From the NCBI GenBank assembly GCA_943356485.1, contig CALRFD010000005.1, positions 32,103 to 96,102 on the forward strand: DNA of 64,000 nucleotides, read 5' to 3'. Below are positions 63,874 through 64,000 of this stretch, in pieces (position 1 is the first letter of the stretch; each line of letters starts with the position of its first letter). The translations under genes and the position numbers were made by a program. Origin of the DNA: Patescibacteria group bacterium. GTDB taxonomy: Bacteria > Patescibacteriota > Microgenomatia > Daviesbacterales > UBA10151. The notes under the pieces were generated by a model that ran no database searches, had not been told where the DNA came from, and saw only the letters and a list, made by a program, of their open reading frames with translations.

Positions 63874-64000
63874 TGGCTTTAACTAATTTAAATAAAAGAT
63901 TAGATAATTTAAATAGAATTTATCCAAAAAAGTCTCCAAATAAAAAAAGGCTGAGAAGACTGGGAGTAATAATAATTATATTATCAATAGCTTTAATTTT
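63874..64000 (+). CDS. Partial ORF at 3' window edge: basic N-terminus + TM helix (type II membrane topology; possibly chain-length/LCP-like)
   Basis: It reads MALTNLNKRLDNLNRIYPKKSPNKKRLRRLGVIIIILSIALI and continues past the window end. Only 42 codons are visible, so it is very tentative. Confidence 0.25.

Noticed and set aside
1-64000. CRISPR arrays, tRNA/rRNA genes, transposases, integrases and prophage genes
   Set aside because: I scanned the intergenic regions, of which the only ones over 100 bp are 26416..26572, 36414..36570 and 60760..60992. I found no regularly spaced direct repeats, no GC-rich cloverleaf-like segments and no recognisable transposase or integrase motifs in any ORF.

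Overview
This is an AT-rich (roughly 30% GC by eye), gene-dense bacterial window. Short intergenic gaps and frequent ATGA or 4-bp start/stop overlaps suggest a streamlined, possibly uncultivated lineage (CPR-like), but that is inference only. I found no rRNA, tRNA, CRISPR array, transposase or integrase. Essentially all ~55 genes form one cell-surface glycan biosynthesis supercluster. (1) Sugar-nucleotide tailoring: a WbpE/WbpB/WbpD-like aminotransferase/oxidoreductase/N-acetyltransferase triad plus a convergent SDR epimerase and UDP-sugar 6-dehydrogenase, consistent with a UDP-2,3-diacetamido-2,3-dideoxy-hexuronic acid pathway; an RmlD-like reductase; and two tandem nucleotidyltransferase paralogs with a HAD hydrolase. 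(2) Decoration: two NodU/CmcH carbamoyltransferases, five SAM-methyltransferase domains (two of them tandem within a GT2-MT-MT fusion protein) and three hexapeptide acyltransferases. (3) Assembly: at least 12 GT2 and 8 GT4 glycosyltransferases, GtrB/ArnC/DPM1-like polyprenyl-phosphate sugar synthases, a Wzx-like flippase, a Wzy_C/O-antigen-ligase-like protein and a PglC-type initiating phosphoglycosyltransferase at the 3' edge. (4) An unusual expansion of polytopic GT-C-like membrane enzymes: several PMT/ArnT-like proteins with FDE-type motifs, and a four-member paralogous family of giant membrane proteins (713 to 1161 aa) with YfhO/AftD-like architecture. Two of the giants sit in a tandemly duplicated [giant + small 3-TM partner] module. 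Other notable structure: two diverged GT-C paralogs whose 3' 432 bp are 430/432 identical at a constant 3995-bp offset, which points to gene conversion or assembly collapse. There is also a GC-richer, compositionally foreign gene next to a dense CCACAA/TTGTGG hexamer cluster that contains a perfect DnaA-box nonamer and a 13-bp palindrome, a 14-bp perfect palindrome in a divergent promoter gap, and a 5'-truncated transketolase-like ThDP subunit at the window start. Every function is inferred from motifs read by eye and no database search was run. The cluster appears to continue past both window edges.
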